The notes under the pieces are model-generated. The model was given only the letters and a program-made list of their open reading frames with translations. It ran no database searches and had not been told where the DNA came from. From Azolla caroliniana (taxonomy: Eukaryota; Plantae; Polypodiophyta): a DNA stretch of 64,000 nt. The stretch covers positions 3,472,001 to 3,536,000 of the forward strand of contig JBHGNT010000022.1 of NCBI GenBank assembly GCA_043228905.1, given 5' to 3'. Below, piece after piece: positions 49,385 to 61,995 of the stretch. Position 1 is the first letter of the stretch, and every line of letters begins with the position of its first letter. The translations under genes and the position numbers were made by a program.

Positions 49385-51685
49385 GAAACCAGGTGCTCCT
49401 TCCCTTTCTTCACAAATCCCTCTGGTTGCTGCATGTAGATCTCCTCTTCGAGGTTGCCGTGGAGGAACGTCGTCTTCACGTCTAACTGCTCTACCTCGAG
49501 GTCCATGCTTGCCGCTATGCTCAGCACCGTTCAGATGGAAGTCATCTTTACTACCGGGGCAAATATCTTGTCGAAGTCCACGCCCTTCTTCTGTTGGAAC
49601 CCCTTCACCACGATCCTGGTTTTGTACCTTGGAGGGTTGATCTCCCGGTTTCAACTTGTACACCCACTTGTTTCTGAGTGCCCTCTTTCCTTTCGGCAAC
49701 TCCACCAATTCATACGTGTGGTTCTCATGCAGGGAATCCATCTCGTCCTGCATGGCACTCAACCACTTGGGGCTATGGGTGTCATCCTTCGCTTCTTCGA
49801 AGCTTTCTGGCTCCCCCTCATCAATCAACAACACATGATCTGCATCCGGAAATCTCCGGGGTCCCCTTCTCTCTCTGAGAGGATATCTCCGTCTTTGGCT
49901 TTCGGCAGCCGGCTCCTCTACTTGTTCTTCATTCAAATCCGATTCGGGGTCTTGGCTGGTTCCGGTTTCAGCTTCCTCTACTTCTTCTTCTGCCGGTTCG
50001 GTATCCTCACTGTAACCGGCTGGTTCTTCGAGTGTCAACCGATTCTTTGCCGGGTCGGTCCAAAACTCATCGGAGTTCATTATCTTCTTCTCTAACTCCT
50101 AGTCGGCAAGAGTCTTGTCCTCCATGAAGATAATATCTCGGCTCTGGAAAACCTTCTTGTCAACCGGATCCCACACTCGGTAGCCGAACTCATCATCACC
50201 GTATCCGAGGAATATGCATGGCCGAGTCTTTGGATCCAACTTTCCTCTCCAGTCCTTAGCAACATGCATGTACATGAGACACCCGAACACCTTAGATGTC
50301 GGTAGGACACTTCCTTACCAGTCCACACCTTTTGCACCGTGTCTCCATCCAAGGGCACTAAGGGTGATATGTTTATCACATACGTCGTTGTCGACAGCGC
50401 CTCAGCCCAAAACGTCTTGGGTAGCTTAGCATGTGCTAGCATACTCCGGACCCTCTCCATTATGGTCCGGTTCATCCTCTCGGCCAGCCCGTTTAGTTCT
50501 GGCATCTTCGGCACAGTAAATTCGAGCCGGATTCCCTTCGAGCGGCAGTACTCCTCGAATTGCCCCTAGTATTCTCCTCCGTTATCTGCTCGAACCACCT
50601 TCAGCTTTCGTCTGGTTTCTCTTTCCACTCTTGCGTGGAGGTCCTTGAAGACGGATAACACCTGATCCCCGACTGTGTAGGATGAGAAGCATTTCCGGTC
50701 CGGGGTAAGGTGGAACGACGCTCCAGAATCGACAACCCATGTTGTCTCGTCACCGTCAACGTTCAATTCACTCTCCTCGGTGATGAGCATCAACTCTTCT
50801 TCACTTGCTGCGATTGCCATCGTTCCCTTCCGGTCTGGTCCCCTCCGGTCTTTACCATTCCGGTCCGGTGTCCGCTTCGAATCGGTACCGTTGGTTTCCT
50901 TGTCTTTTCGGAAGTGCCGACAGTTCTTCTGGAAGTGTCCCGCTTGCTACAATAGAAGCAAGTAGGCCTCCCCCTTGACTTTGATTGTGTCCCCGACTTT
51001 TCCCAGTTCTAGGGACTACGGTTCCTTTGTCTTCCGCGTTCCGATTCGGTAAGGAGCACTTTGGAGTCGGAGCTCGTATCCTTGTCTTTCCGACGCGCCT
51101 CCTCATCTAGCAAGCTCGACTTCACTCTTGCTAGGGATAACTGTTTCCCTTCTGGCATGGCGTTGCCCAAAGTGACAACCAACGTCTCCCAGCTATCTGG
51201 GAGGGAACCAAGCAGGAGTAGTGCTAGCACCTTATCGGCGAGAGGTACTTGCAATGATGTTGCCTGGTGGATCAGCCCCTGGAAGGCATTCATGTGCTCC
51301 GCCATGCTGGAGCCATCTTGGTACCGAAGTCTTACTAGCTTCCGAAATACCGAAACTTGATTAACAACATTTTTGTTCGGAAACATAATGTCGATCTTCT
51401 CCCAGAGCTCATGAGCCTTGCTCTCTTCATTAAAGTTGTTGTATAGGCTCATGTCGATGAGGCACCATATGTACGCCGTTGTCTTCATGTGCATCACCTC
51501 CCATATCGTGGCATCGATTTTGTCCGGTCACTTGTCCTCGAACTGAACCGGCAAACCAAAGATTTTTAACCACGAACATGTCCCTCATCTTCAACTTCCA
51601 CACTGAGTAGTTGGAGCCAGTGAGCTTGAACATGCCTCCCAATGAATCGTCCATTTTTCTGTGTCGTTTCTCTTTGATACCAAAT

Positions 51686-52379
51686 TGACGAGAAATATGC
51701 GGAATAATCTCCGGCCACAACCGAAGCATAGATCACTTGATGACAATCAAAACATAGAAAAAATGGGAATGAAGGTAAGTACACAAAACAAAAAGAGAAT
51801 ACACAGGATATTAACGTGGAAAACCCTGAGAGGGAAAAACCACGGGAGTCCACAGACTCCAAACTATCCAAACTGCTCACAATCTTCGCCTGGCGGCGGT
51901 TACAACAGAGACATGCTCTGTATCGCTCTCTCTCTCTCTCTGTATAGTCATTACACCAATAACTCTATGGTCGTCTTCTATATTGAGTTTGCCCTAGGTC
52001 ATATTTATACTAATATGACTTTCGGGCTATTTACAAATATAGCCCCAGTGGGCTCTTTGGAACATATTTACATATATGTCCCTTCCATCCGATGAGAGTT
52101 TCTCACCGGGCCTGCAACATCCGGTTCTCACCGGGTCTGCATCATCCAGTTCTCACCAAGTCTTCCTTGCCGGCTACTCGTCATTCGGTTCTCACCGGGT
52201 CTTCCTTGTCGGGTACTCGTCATCCGGTTCTCACCGGGTTTGCATCATCCGGTTCTCACCGGGTCTGCATCATCCAGGTCTCACCGGGTCTTCCTTGCCA
52301 GGTACTCGTCATCCGGTTCTCACCGGGTCTTCCGATGCCGGGCCTCCGTATCCTATCCGGAGGGACCGAGATCATAACA
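51686..52379 (-). repeat. F 5' LTR
   Basis: TG...CA, adjacent to the PBS and TSD, with a longer U3 array than the 3' LTR. Confidence 0.9.
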
Positions 52380-52384
52380 CTAAG

Positions 52385-53217
52385 GTCAAAATGGTGGTAG
52401 AGTGGTAGACTCCCCGTTCGTTGGGAGATGTGCAATGCTTTTTAGGCTTTGCCAATTTCTACCACAAGTTTATACAGGATTACCTAAAGCTTGCTTTGCC
52501 TCTCACACAACTCAGCAAGAAGGGACAATCGTTCGTTTGGTTTGAAGAGGCAGACATGGCTTTTGAGGGTCTTAAGAAGGCATTTACATCAACTCCTATT
52601 CTGGCTCATGTTGATCCGGAAAAACCATTCATCATCGAAGAAGACGCGTCGGATTTCGCGTTGGGTAGCATTCTATCACAACAAGGCGATGATGAAAAGC
52701 TCCATCTTGTGGCTTTCCACTCACGCAAGTTTGACGCTGCCGAAATCAGCTATGAAATTCATGATAAGGAGCTATTACCAAGTCACCGTATTCAGTGATC
52801 ACAAAAACCTTCCCTATTTTTAGAATGCTCATGTGTTAAATCGACGTCAAGCTCGGTGGGCCTAACTTCTCACTCGTTTCGACTTCAAAATTACATATCG
52901 TTCGGGGAAGCAACAAGGGAAGGCAGATGCATTATCATGGCGCTCGTATCTAACATCGTGTCCTGGCGAGCCAGCTTTCGATAACTAGAAGCAAGTAATC
53001 CTAGGACCAACACGACTACAAGCAACGCAGGTCTTCGGTATGCCCTTGGATTCCCATGTTATCGATACCATATGTAAGGACTTGAAGACAGATGCTTTCG
53101 CCCAAGCCATTCTAGCCAAAATTGATCCTCTCGAGCATCTTGTTCACAGTCGCAACAACCATGTACGGACTTTCGACAATTGGAATGTCATGATGGATTA
53201 CTATTCTCTAAGAAACT
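52385..53217 (+). pseudogene. pol: T RT connection and RNase H
   Basis: FLGFANFYHKFI, DASDFALGSILSQ, YEIHDKELL, DHKNL. Confidence 0.88.
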
Positions 53218-53784
53218 TGAAAAATGTTACGTATGAATGCTACACGAAACAAAGAATACTAACAAAGAAAAGCAAGTTTAATGGAGATCTTAAGACACAA
53301 TGTACACGAAAGAGACAGAAAGGGTAAACGCAAAAAAACTGAATTCAAATAATGTGTAAACTTTGTACATAGGATGTGCTCAGGGACTTTCCTCCTTCTC
53401 AAGTTCGGCACGTCAAGGAGCTCACTTCCGCTCCTTTCCTGCTCCTTTCCTTGGTCTTGCGGGACTTTTCTCCTCCTCAAGTTCGGCACGTCAAGGTGCT
53501 GCAACCCAAGTGCACCCGAGAATTGCCGCAACTTGTCCAGACCAAGGGGCTTGGTGAAAATGTCGGTGGTTTGCCAATCCGTCGAAACATACTGAAGTTC
53601 AACTTCACCAGAGAGGACACGCTCATAGACAAAGTGGTAGTGCACCTCAATGTCCTTAGTCTGGGCGTGGAAGACAGGGTTTTTCGCAAGTTGGATGCTA
53701 CTAAGGTTGTCGCAGTAGATCATCATCGGATCAGACACCTCCACCTGTAGATCCTTAAGTAGCCGCTTCAGCCATATGGCTTCC

Positions 53785-54381
53785 TGTAGAGAAATCGACG
53801 CTCCGATTAACCTTCACCACTCGGCCACAACCGAGTAAGCACGAATCAATGCAGTAGAAAATAGGAACCACAGAGAAAGAACACGAATACACAGGGATTA
53901 ACGTGGTAGACGGGAAAAAACCACGGGAGTACAAGACTCCTAACCAAAACTATGCACAGAGAAATATACAATGGCGAGCTGCAAGGCGACGACCTTGAGC
54001 TCGTTGTCCTCGCCACAGGCGGCGGAAATACACAGAGGCGTCGACCTCCTCCTCTCTCACGCTCTATCTCTCTCACGGCTGCTCTCTCTTCACTCCTCTT
54101 GAGTGGAAAAACAGAAAAATGAGTAGCAACATTAAAACTGTTTGCCCTAAGTCATATTTATACACATATGACTTTGGGGCTATTTACAACTATAGCCTCA
54201 AGGGCCCTTGGCAAACATATTCACAGATATGTCCCCGCATCCGGATCTCGCTCCGGGTACATTCGTCATCCGGCTCCGAAGCCGGGGTCTTCATCATCCG
54301 GTTCCGAAACCGAAACCGGGCTTGTCGGCATTCATCTCCGATATCCGACCATCCCATCCGAAAGGGACCGTAATCCCAACA
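53785..54381 (-). repeat. K 3' LTR
   Basis: Differs from the 5' LTR by one visible substitution and a 7-bp deletion. Confidence 0.94.
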
Positions 54382-54391
54382 AACTCCCCCT

Positions 54392-57300
54392 TCACTTCGG
54401 CATGGGATGTCTCTCCAATCCGATCCTCTTCCGGCATGCTTCCAGCTTGTCGGGTGTGAGCACCTTGGTCAGCATATCCGACCCGTTCTCGTCCGTGTGG
54501 ACCTTCGTCAGCACGAACTCCTTGTCTTCTATCCTTTCCCGGATCCAGTGATATCTTCGCTGGATGTGCTTCGTCCGGGAGTGATAGGCCGCGTTCTTCG
54601 CAAGGTGGATTGCACTCTGACTGTCGCAGTAGAGTCGGTACTCCTCCTGTCGGATACCGAGCTCTCTAATGAAGTCCTTCATCCATATTATTTCCTTGCC
54701 GGCTTCAACAGCCGCCATGTACTCCGCCTCCGTGGTTGACAACGCAATCGTCTTCTGCAGCCTCGACTGCCATGAAACCGCTCCCCCTGCATACGTCATC
54801 ACATACCCTGATGTGGACCGGCTGGTATCTGCATCAGCCGACATATCCGAATCGGTGAAGCCATCGAGTTCGGGCTTACCGGAGCCGAATCGGAGGGACA
54901 CGTTTGCCGTGCCCTTCAGGTATCGGAGTATCCACTTGGCCGCGTTCCAATGCTCTTTGCCGGGATTGCTCATGTACCGGCTCACCACTCCGACTGCGTA
55001 TCCAATGTCCGGTCTTGTACACACCATTGCGTACATCAAGCTTCCGACGGCAGAGGCATATGGCACTTTCATCATATCCTCCTTTTCAGCCTTTGTCTTG
55101 GGACTTTGCTTGTTGGACAGCTTGCAGTTTGCCGGGAGGGTCGATCCGACCGGTCTTGCTTCCCACATGTTGAACCGTTTAAGCACCTTTGTCACGTACT
55201 TTTCCTGTGACAGCCACAACTACTTCTTGCTCCGGTCCCGGATGATGTGCATCCCTAGTATTTGTCTCGCCGGACCCAGGTCCTTCATTGAGAAGGTTCG
55301 GTGAAGAGCCTTCTTCAGCATCCGTATCTTGACCTGGTCTCGTCCGACGATCAACATGTCGTCCACGTATAGGAGGAGTATTAGAAAGTCTCCTCCTTCG
55401 AACTTCTTCACAAACACGCAGTGGTCGGACTGCGTTTTGAGGTACCCTTCGTCGGTCATGAAGGAGTCGAACTTCCGGTACCATTGCCGGGGAGCCTGCT
55501 TCAGTCCGTAAAGGCTCTTCTTCAACCGGCATACCAGGTGCTCCTTCCCTTTCTTCTCGAATCCTTCCGGTTGCTGCATGTAGATCTCTTCTTCGAGGTC
55601 ACCGTGAAGGAATGTCGTCTTCACGTCCATCTGTTCTACCTCGAGGTCCATGCTTGCCGCTATGCTCAGCACCGTCCGGATGGAGGTCATCTTCACTACG
55701 GGGGCAAATATCTCGTCGAAGTCGACGCCCTTCTTTTGCCGAAACCCCTTCACCACGATCCTGGCTTTGTATCTCGGGGGGTTTCCGGCATCTCCCGGTT
55801 TCAGCTTGAACACCCACTTGTTACGGAGTGCCCGTTTTCCTTTCGGCAGCTCCACAAGTTCATATGTGTGGTTCTCATGCAGGGAATCCATCTCGTCCTG
55901 CATGGCACTCAACCACCTGTGGCTCTGGGTGTCATGCTTTGCTTCTTCAAAGCTCTCCGGCTCCCCCTCGTCGGTTAGCAACAGGTGCTCTGGTTCCGGA
56001 AATCTCTGGGGGGGCCTTCTCTCTCTTAGAGGATATCTCCGTTCCGGAGCTTCGGTGACCGGTTCTTCCGATTCTTCTTCATCCGAATCCATTTCGGGAT
56101 CGGGGCCGGTTCCGGTATCATTTTCATCTTCTTCGGCCGGTTCTGTTTCTTCACCGTCTTCGGCCGGATCCTCGAGTGCTAACCGGTCCCTTGCCGGTCG
56201 GGACTGCTCCTCGTAGAGTTGATCCTCACCGGTCGACTTGGAGCTCTTCATCTTCTTCTCCGACTCCCAGTCGGCGAGTGTCTTGTTCTCCATGAAGATG
56301 ATATCACGACTCCGGAATATCTTCTTGTCGACCGGGTCCCATACTCGGTAGCCGAACTCGTCATCGCCGTAACCGAGGAATATGCATGGCCGGGTCTTTG
56401 GATCTAGCTTTCCTCTCCGGTCCTTTGCCACATGCACGTATGCGAGACACCCGAACACCTTCAGATGCCGGTAGGATACTTCCCTACCGGTCCACACTCT
56501 CTGCGGCGTGTCTCCGTCCAAAGGTACTGAGGGTGATCGGTTTATCACATATGTCGCCGTCGACATTGCCTTAGCCCAAAACCCCTTGGGTAATTTCGCA
56601 TGCGCCAGCATACTCCGGACCCTCTCCATTATGGTCCGGTTCATCCTCTCGGCCAGCCCGTTCAGTTCCGGCGTCTTCGGCACAGTAAACTCGAGCCGGA
56701 TTCCCTTCGAGCGACAATACTCCTGGAACTGTCCCCGGTATTCCCCTCCGTTATCCGCTCGTATCGCTTTCAGCTTCTTGCCGGATTCTCTTTCCACTCT
56801 CGCGTGGAGTTCTTTGAAGACGGACAACACTTGGTCCTTTGTCTTCAACGGTGCCGACCACAGCTTCCGGCTGCGATCATCAATGAATGTTACGAAGTAC
56901 TGGGCTCCGTCATGTGACTTCGTTTCTACCTGACACACATCAGTGTGCACCAACTCCAATGGTGCGTTACGTCTCGTCGGTGGCCTTGAATGGAAGGAGG
57001 TTCGGTTCTGCTTACCGGCCAGGCAATCGGTGCACTTCTCCAGGTGCACATGCTTCACTGGAATAAGGTTGTCTTCTGCAAGCCTCTTCATCCCCTTCTC
57101 ACTCATGTGGCATAGTCTTTTGTGCCATAGCTCACCGGCAGTGTCGGCTGCCACATTCAGCTCTTCCGGACATAACCGGGCATTCATCAGGTACAGTGTG
57201 TTGACTTTTCGGGCCCGAGCCACTATCAGGCTCCCCTTGCTGAACTTCATTACGCCGTTCCGGATGCTACCTATGTAGCCTTCATTGTCTAGCCTCCCGG

Positions 57301-58465
57301 CCGAAATCAGGTTCAATCGAACCTCCGGAACGTGTCGGACATCCTTCAGCAGCATTTTACATCCGGTCGAGGTTGTCAACCACACGTCTCCTATGCCGGC
57401 GATCCGGCACGTACCTTCATTTCCCATCCGAACACAGCCATGCTCACCGGTTGTGTAGGATGAGAAGTATCTTCTTTCCGGGGTCAGGTGGAACGACGCT
57501 CCGGAATCGACCACCCAGGTCGTCTCATCGCCGGCAATGTTTAGCTCACCTTCTTCGGTGATGAGCATGATTTCTTCCTCACTTGCCGCGAGTGCCGTCG
57601 TTCCTTTCCTGTCCTGCCCTCGCCGATCCGAACCATTCCGGTCCGTGGCTCCCCGGAAAGCCCCGTTTCGTTCCGAAGACTTCTTCGAATCGGTGTCGTC
57701 GGCTCCGTTGTCTTTTCGGTAATTCCGACAATTCTTTCGGAAGTGCCCCGGCTTCCCACAGTGGAAGCATGTGGGCCTTCCTCTTGACTGCGACCGGGTC
57801 CCCGACTTCTCCCGTCTTTGCGGACTCCGGTTCCGTTGTCTTCCCTGATCCGATTCGGTAAACAACATCTTCGGATCGGAGGCCGGTTCTTTATCTCTCC
57901 GACGCGCTTCTTCGTTCAAAATACTTGTCTTTACCGTTTGTAGGGACAAGTTATCTTCGGTGCAGGAGGTGCTGAGAGTCACCACCAAGTTCTCCCAGCT
58001 TTCCGGCAGTGTACACATCAGAATGATGGCTTGCATTGCATCCTCCAACGGGAACTTGATCGCCGCAAGCTGGTTCACGAATCCCATGAACGTGCTTACG
58101 TGTTCCACCATACTCTCGCCGTCCCGGTACTTGAGGTTCACTATCTTCCTCATCAGGGAGGTCCGGTTCAACGCATTCTTCCTCTCGTAGAGGCCCGACA
58201 GCTTCCGCCACATCTCATATGCGTTGGTGTCGTTCGCCACATGTTGTAGAACGCTCACGTCTACGTATTGCCGAATGGTTGCAACGGCTTTCCGGTTCAG
58301 AAGCCTCCATTCCGACTCAAGTACCCCCTTCGGTATTTCCGACCTGTCGATCGGTTCGTACAGGTCCCGAACAATCAGAAGATCCTCCATCTTGATCTTC
58401 CAGTCGGCGTACTTCTGCGCATTCAGCACCATCATCCCCGGCTGCCCGCTGCCGCCGCCTTCCAT
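54392..58465 (-). pseudogene. gag-pol: K Gag-Pol with a single in-frame stop
   Basis: ORFs 55220-58465 and 54392-55219 are in the same frame, separated by TAG at 55220-55222 (Gln in G and H). Confidence 0.92.
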
Positions 58466-58494
58466 TTTCTGCAGCAGTCGCTCTGATACCAGTT

Positions 58495-59098
58495 TGTAGA
58501 GAAATCGACGCTCCGATTAACCTTCACCACTCGGCCACAACCGAGTAAGCACGAATCAATGCAGCAGAAAATAGGAACCACAGAGAAAGAACACGAATAC
58601 ACAGGGATTAACGTGGAAAACCCTAGACGGGAAAAAACCACGGGAGTACAAGACTCCTAACCAAAACTATGCACAGAGAAATATACAATGGCGAGCTGCA
58701 AGGCGACGACCTTGAGCTCGTTGTCCTCGCCACAGGCGGCGGAAATACACAGAGGCGTCGACCTCCTCCTCTCTCACGCTCTATCTCTCTCACGGCTGCT
58801 CTCTCTTCACTCCTCTTGAGTGGAAAAACAGAAAAATGAGTAGCAACATTAAAACTGTTTGCCCTAAGTCATATTTATACACATATGACTTTGGGGCTAT
58901 TTACAACTATAGCCTCAAGGGCCCTTGGCAAACATATTCACAGATATGTCCCCGCATCCGGATCTCGCTCCGGGTACATTCGTCATCCGGCTCCGAAGCC
59001 GGGGTCTTCATCATCCGGTTCCGAAACCGAAACCGGGCTTGTCGGCATTCATCTCCGATATCCGACCATCCCATCCGAAAGGGACCGTAATCCCAACA
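58495..59098 (-). repeat. K 5' LTR
   Basis: TG...CA, adjacent to the PBS and TSD. Confidence 0.94.
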
Positions 59099-61654
59099 CT
59101 TCCCATGTTGCAACTGCCACTCCTCGATACTCGCCCTCTCTGCTCAACAGTGCGACTGTCAGCTGCTTCTTGCTCCTCCACGCGATCGCAGCGCTCCCAA
59201 GGGAGAACACGAATCCACATGTGGATCGGCGATCGCCGGCGTTTCCGACCCAGTCGGCATCCGTATAGCCTACTAGTTGTGCGGTACTACAGGTCTGATA
59301 TAGTAGCCCCAGGTCCTTAGTGCCACTGACGTACCTAAGTATGCGTTGCACACACTGGAGGTGCTCCTCGGTTGGTCGCACCATGAACTGACTAATCAAG
59401 TCGACCGGGTAGCTGAGGTCTGGCCGGATGATAGTCAAGTATATGAGGCTTCCGATAATCTGTCGGAACCTTGTCGGGTCGCAGACCTTTTTGGAGTCGG
59501 GGCGAAGCTTCACGGTTCTGTTTAGAGGAGTTGAGACAGACTTATAGTCAGCCATCCCGAGCTTGAAGAGCATACTCAGCATGTAATGTCGTTGGCTGAT
59601 CAGTATGCCTTCGGGGGTTTGGATCACTTGGATCCCGAGAAAGTAATGAAGGTCCCCCAATGCATGTCCTTCATATCAAATGATGCCGCAAGCGGGAGCT
59701 TTACGTGGTCAATTTCACCTAGGTCGACGCCGACGATGACCAAGTCATCAACATAAAGTAAAATACTAATCGGCCCAAGTCGACCTTGACGAACGAACAA
59801 TGAAGAGTCTGATTTGGACGTCGCAAATCCCATCTGACGCAATCACTGCGTGATCTTCGCGTTCCAGGCACGCGGGGCTTCCGTTAGTGCATAAAGGGAC
59901 TTCTTCAACCGGCATACCGACGAAGTGTTCGTTCCAGAGTGAAATCCAGGGGTTTGTACCATGTACACTTGTTCCTCAAGCTCGCCTTGCAAGAACACAT
60001 TCTTTACATCCATCTGATGTAAGTACCAGCCTCGTCCCTATCGGTGCCGTACTCCGTCATCTTCTTCCTTCCCTTTCCTTTGCATGTAAGCCGTCTCTTC
60101 CGCTTCCTGTGCGGGGAATGCCCGGCCGAGTCTCCAATACTCGTCGGCTCTTCATCTGACTTGTCAAATTGACCCAGTTGCTCATTCGGTCCACTTAGCT
60201 GAAATTAGATCGGACTCTCTTTAAGAGTTCCGACTTCGTGTTCATCGGGAGGCATCTCAGCCTCTTTGATCTCATCTTCAGAACTCGGATTGGAGTCGAA
60301 GGCAAATACCAGGACGCAGACTCATCAAACACGACATCATGACTTACGCGAGCCTGTTTGGTTCAGGGGTTATAACACTTATAACCCTTTTGTTCGTCCA
60401 AATAGCCGACCAAGATACACTTCTCGGCTTTCGTGTCCAGCTTCCTCCGCTTCTCCTTCGGCACATGCACAGAGGCGATGCTACCGAAAATCCTCAAGTG
60501 TCGTAGATTCAGCTTCCTTCTGAAATACAGCTCATGTGCCGACACTTTTTCGTCGATCTAATTTTGGATGTAGACCGCGGTTCGGACCGCTTCGGCCCAA
60601 TAGAACTTGGGCATGCTCTTTTCTTCCAACATTGCCCGTGCCACTTCCAAAACCAACCGATTCTTCCTTTTAGCTGTGCCATTTTGCTCGAGCGTATACC
60701 TGCAACTGAATTCACGCCGAATTCCCATTTGTTGCAGATAAATGTTGAATTGGCCAGAAAAGTACTCTTTTCCGCCATCCAACCGTAGGCACTTGATCTT
60801 CCTCCCTATTTCCCTTTCGACAAGATTTTTGAGGTTCTGGAATTAGTCGAAGACTTCACTCTTCTTTTCGATGAGGTAGATCCATGTGTGCCGGGTGTAG
60901 TCGAAATATCGACTCCCGCCAAGACTCACGTTCTGTGCCGGGTGTAGTCGATATATCGACTCCCGCCAAGACTCACATTCTGTGCCAGTCCCCATACATC
61001 TGAATGTATCACGTCGAGCTTATTTCGGCTTTGATTATGCTCGTTGGGGAAAGGAAGTCGGTGTTGCTTCCCTAGCTGGCAAGCTTCACAAATTTGGGCC
61101 TTTCAACCACTGAATTTCGGCAATCCGAACACAACTTGTTTTGATTGCAGGTCCTGAAGCCTTTGGTAGTTGACGTGGCCTATCAGCTAATGCCACAAGT
61201 CGATATCCGACTCGAGTTTTTGCCCTTTTGCGAACATGGCGGTGCCTATGTCATTGGTGTCGAGGATGAACATCCTCCCATCTCTGCACCCTTGCGCAAT
61301 AACTTGGTCTTCTTCCTCGATGAAGCACCCGAGATGCGTGAACCAGACTTGCATCCCCTGGTCGACGATTTGTCCGACTGACACCAGATTCTTCCAAATT
61401 GTTTGTACGTGTAACACATTCATTAGCTTCCCTTTTAGCCTGACGTGGCTGAGGGGAACTTCACCGACATGTATGATCGGATGTGGAGTGTCGTCTCTTG
61501 TTGCGACTACTCCCGGTTGTTCCAGTTTTTCCAGATATGAGAACCACTCTTTATGGTTCGTCATATGGTTTGATGCTCCAGAGTCAACGTACCACACTTC
61601 GTCCGATTTCGGGGTGGTCTTCTTCATAGAGTTCACTTCGTGTCTTGTCACGAA

Positions 61655-61995
61655 TGTTGCCCGTAGGAGTTGTACAGGGCAGTATAAGGGTAAAACACGT
61701 TAAAGGGGTTGTTCGGTATGTGTAATGTATATGTGTGAAGATGAGTATGTGTGAGCACATGAACAATTATGTGCATGTGCCAAGAATGTACTGGTCTCTT
61801 TTTGTAACTGACATATTATTTACCGTTACATGATGTATTATATAAACCCCTTATGGGGTTGGTAATGGATATAGTTTTTTCCCCTCTCATTTGGTATCAT
61901 TTCCTATTTGTCTTTCTCTCTTGCCCTCTCTCTAACGTAACCCCCTCGGGAGGGGGGTGAAGCCATTCTAAGCTTCACTCCCCACCCCAACAACA
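61655..61995. repeat. L: 341-bp solo LTR of an unidentified family, in J between gag and PR
   Basis: TGTTG...CAACA with perfect TSD ACGAA (61650-61654 and 61996-62000). TATA-like TATATAAA near 61838. Confidence 0.82.

Larger units (their letters stand above)
32609..52379 (-). mobile_element. F: CCGG-rich copia element (D-type gag) inserted in T RT; own internal parts 33217-34371 and 49390-51685
   Basis: Perfect TSD CTAAG (32604-32608 and 52380-52384), LTRs 32609-33216 and 51686-52379, PBS-Met 51671-51682, PPT ~33217-33228, gag ATG 51654, PR-to-INT deletion near 50665. Confidence 0.93.
53785..59098 (-). mobile_element. K: young full-length H-type copia element inserted in J RNase H
   Basis: Perfect TSD CTTCC (53780-53784 and 59099-59103), LTRs 53785-54381 and 58495-59098, PBS-Met 58480-58491, PPT 54382-54392. 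Confidence 0.96.

Noticed and set aside
35293-57278. Recurring antisense ORFs opposite pol (MKSFIHIISL..., MVGLRF..., MCTNSNGAL...)
   Set aside because: They are shadows of GC-rich pol, repeated only because the copies are near-identical.
23110-59103. Sequence-specific target site for the CCGG-rich family
   Set aside because: TSDs ACAAA, CTAAG, GAAAC, GGTTC and CTTCC share only a central A/T, which is ordinary for copia elements.
60886-60990. 47-bp tandem duplication in J integrase
   Set aside because: Local repair or slippage scar in a dead element.
61891-61900. TGGTATCA inside L as the PBS of a TRIM
   Set aside because: Only 8 nt match, and no pair of direct repeats surrounds it.
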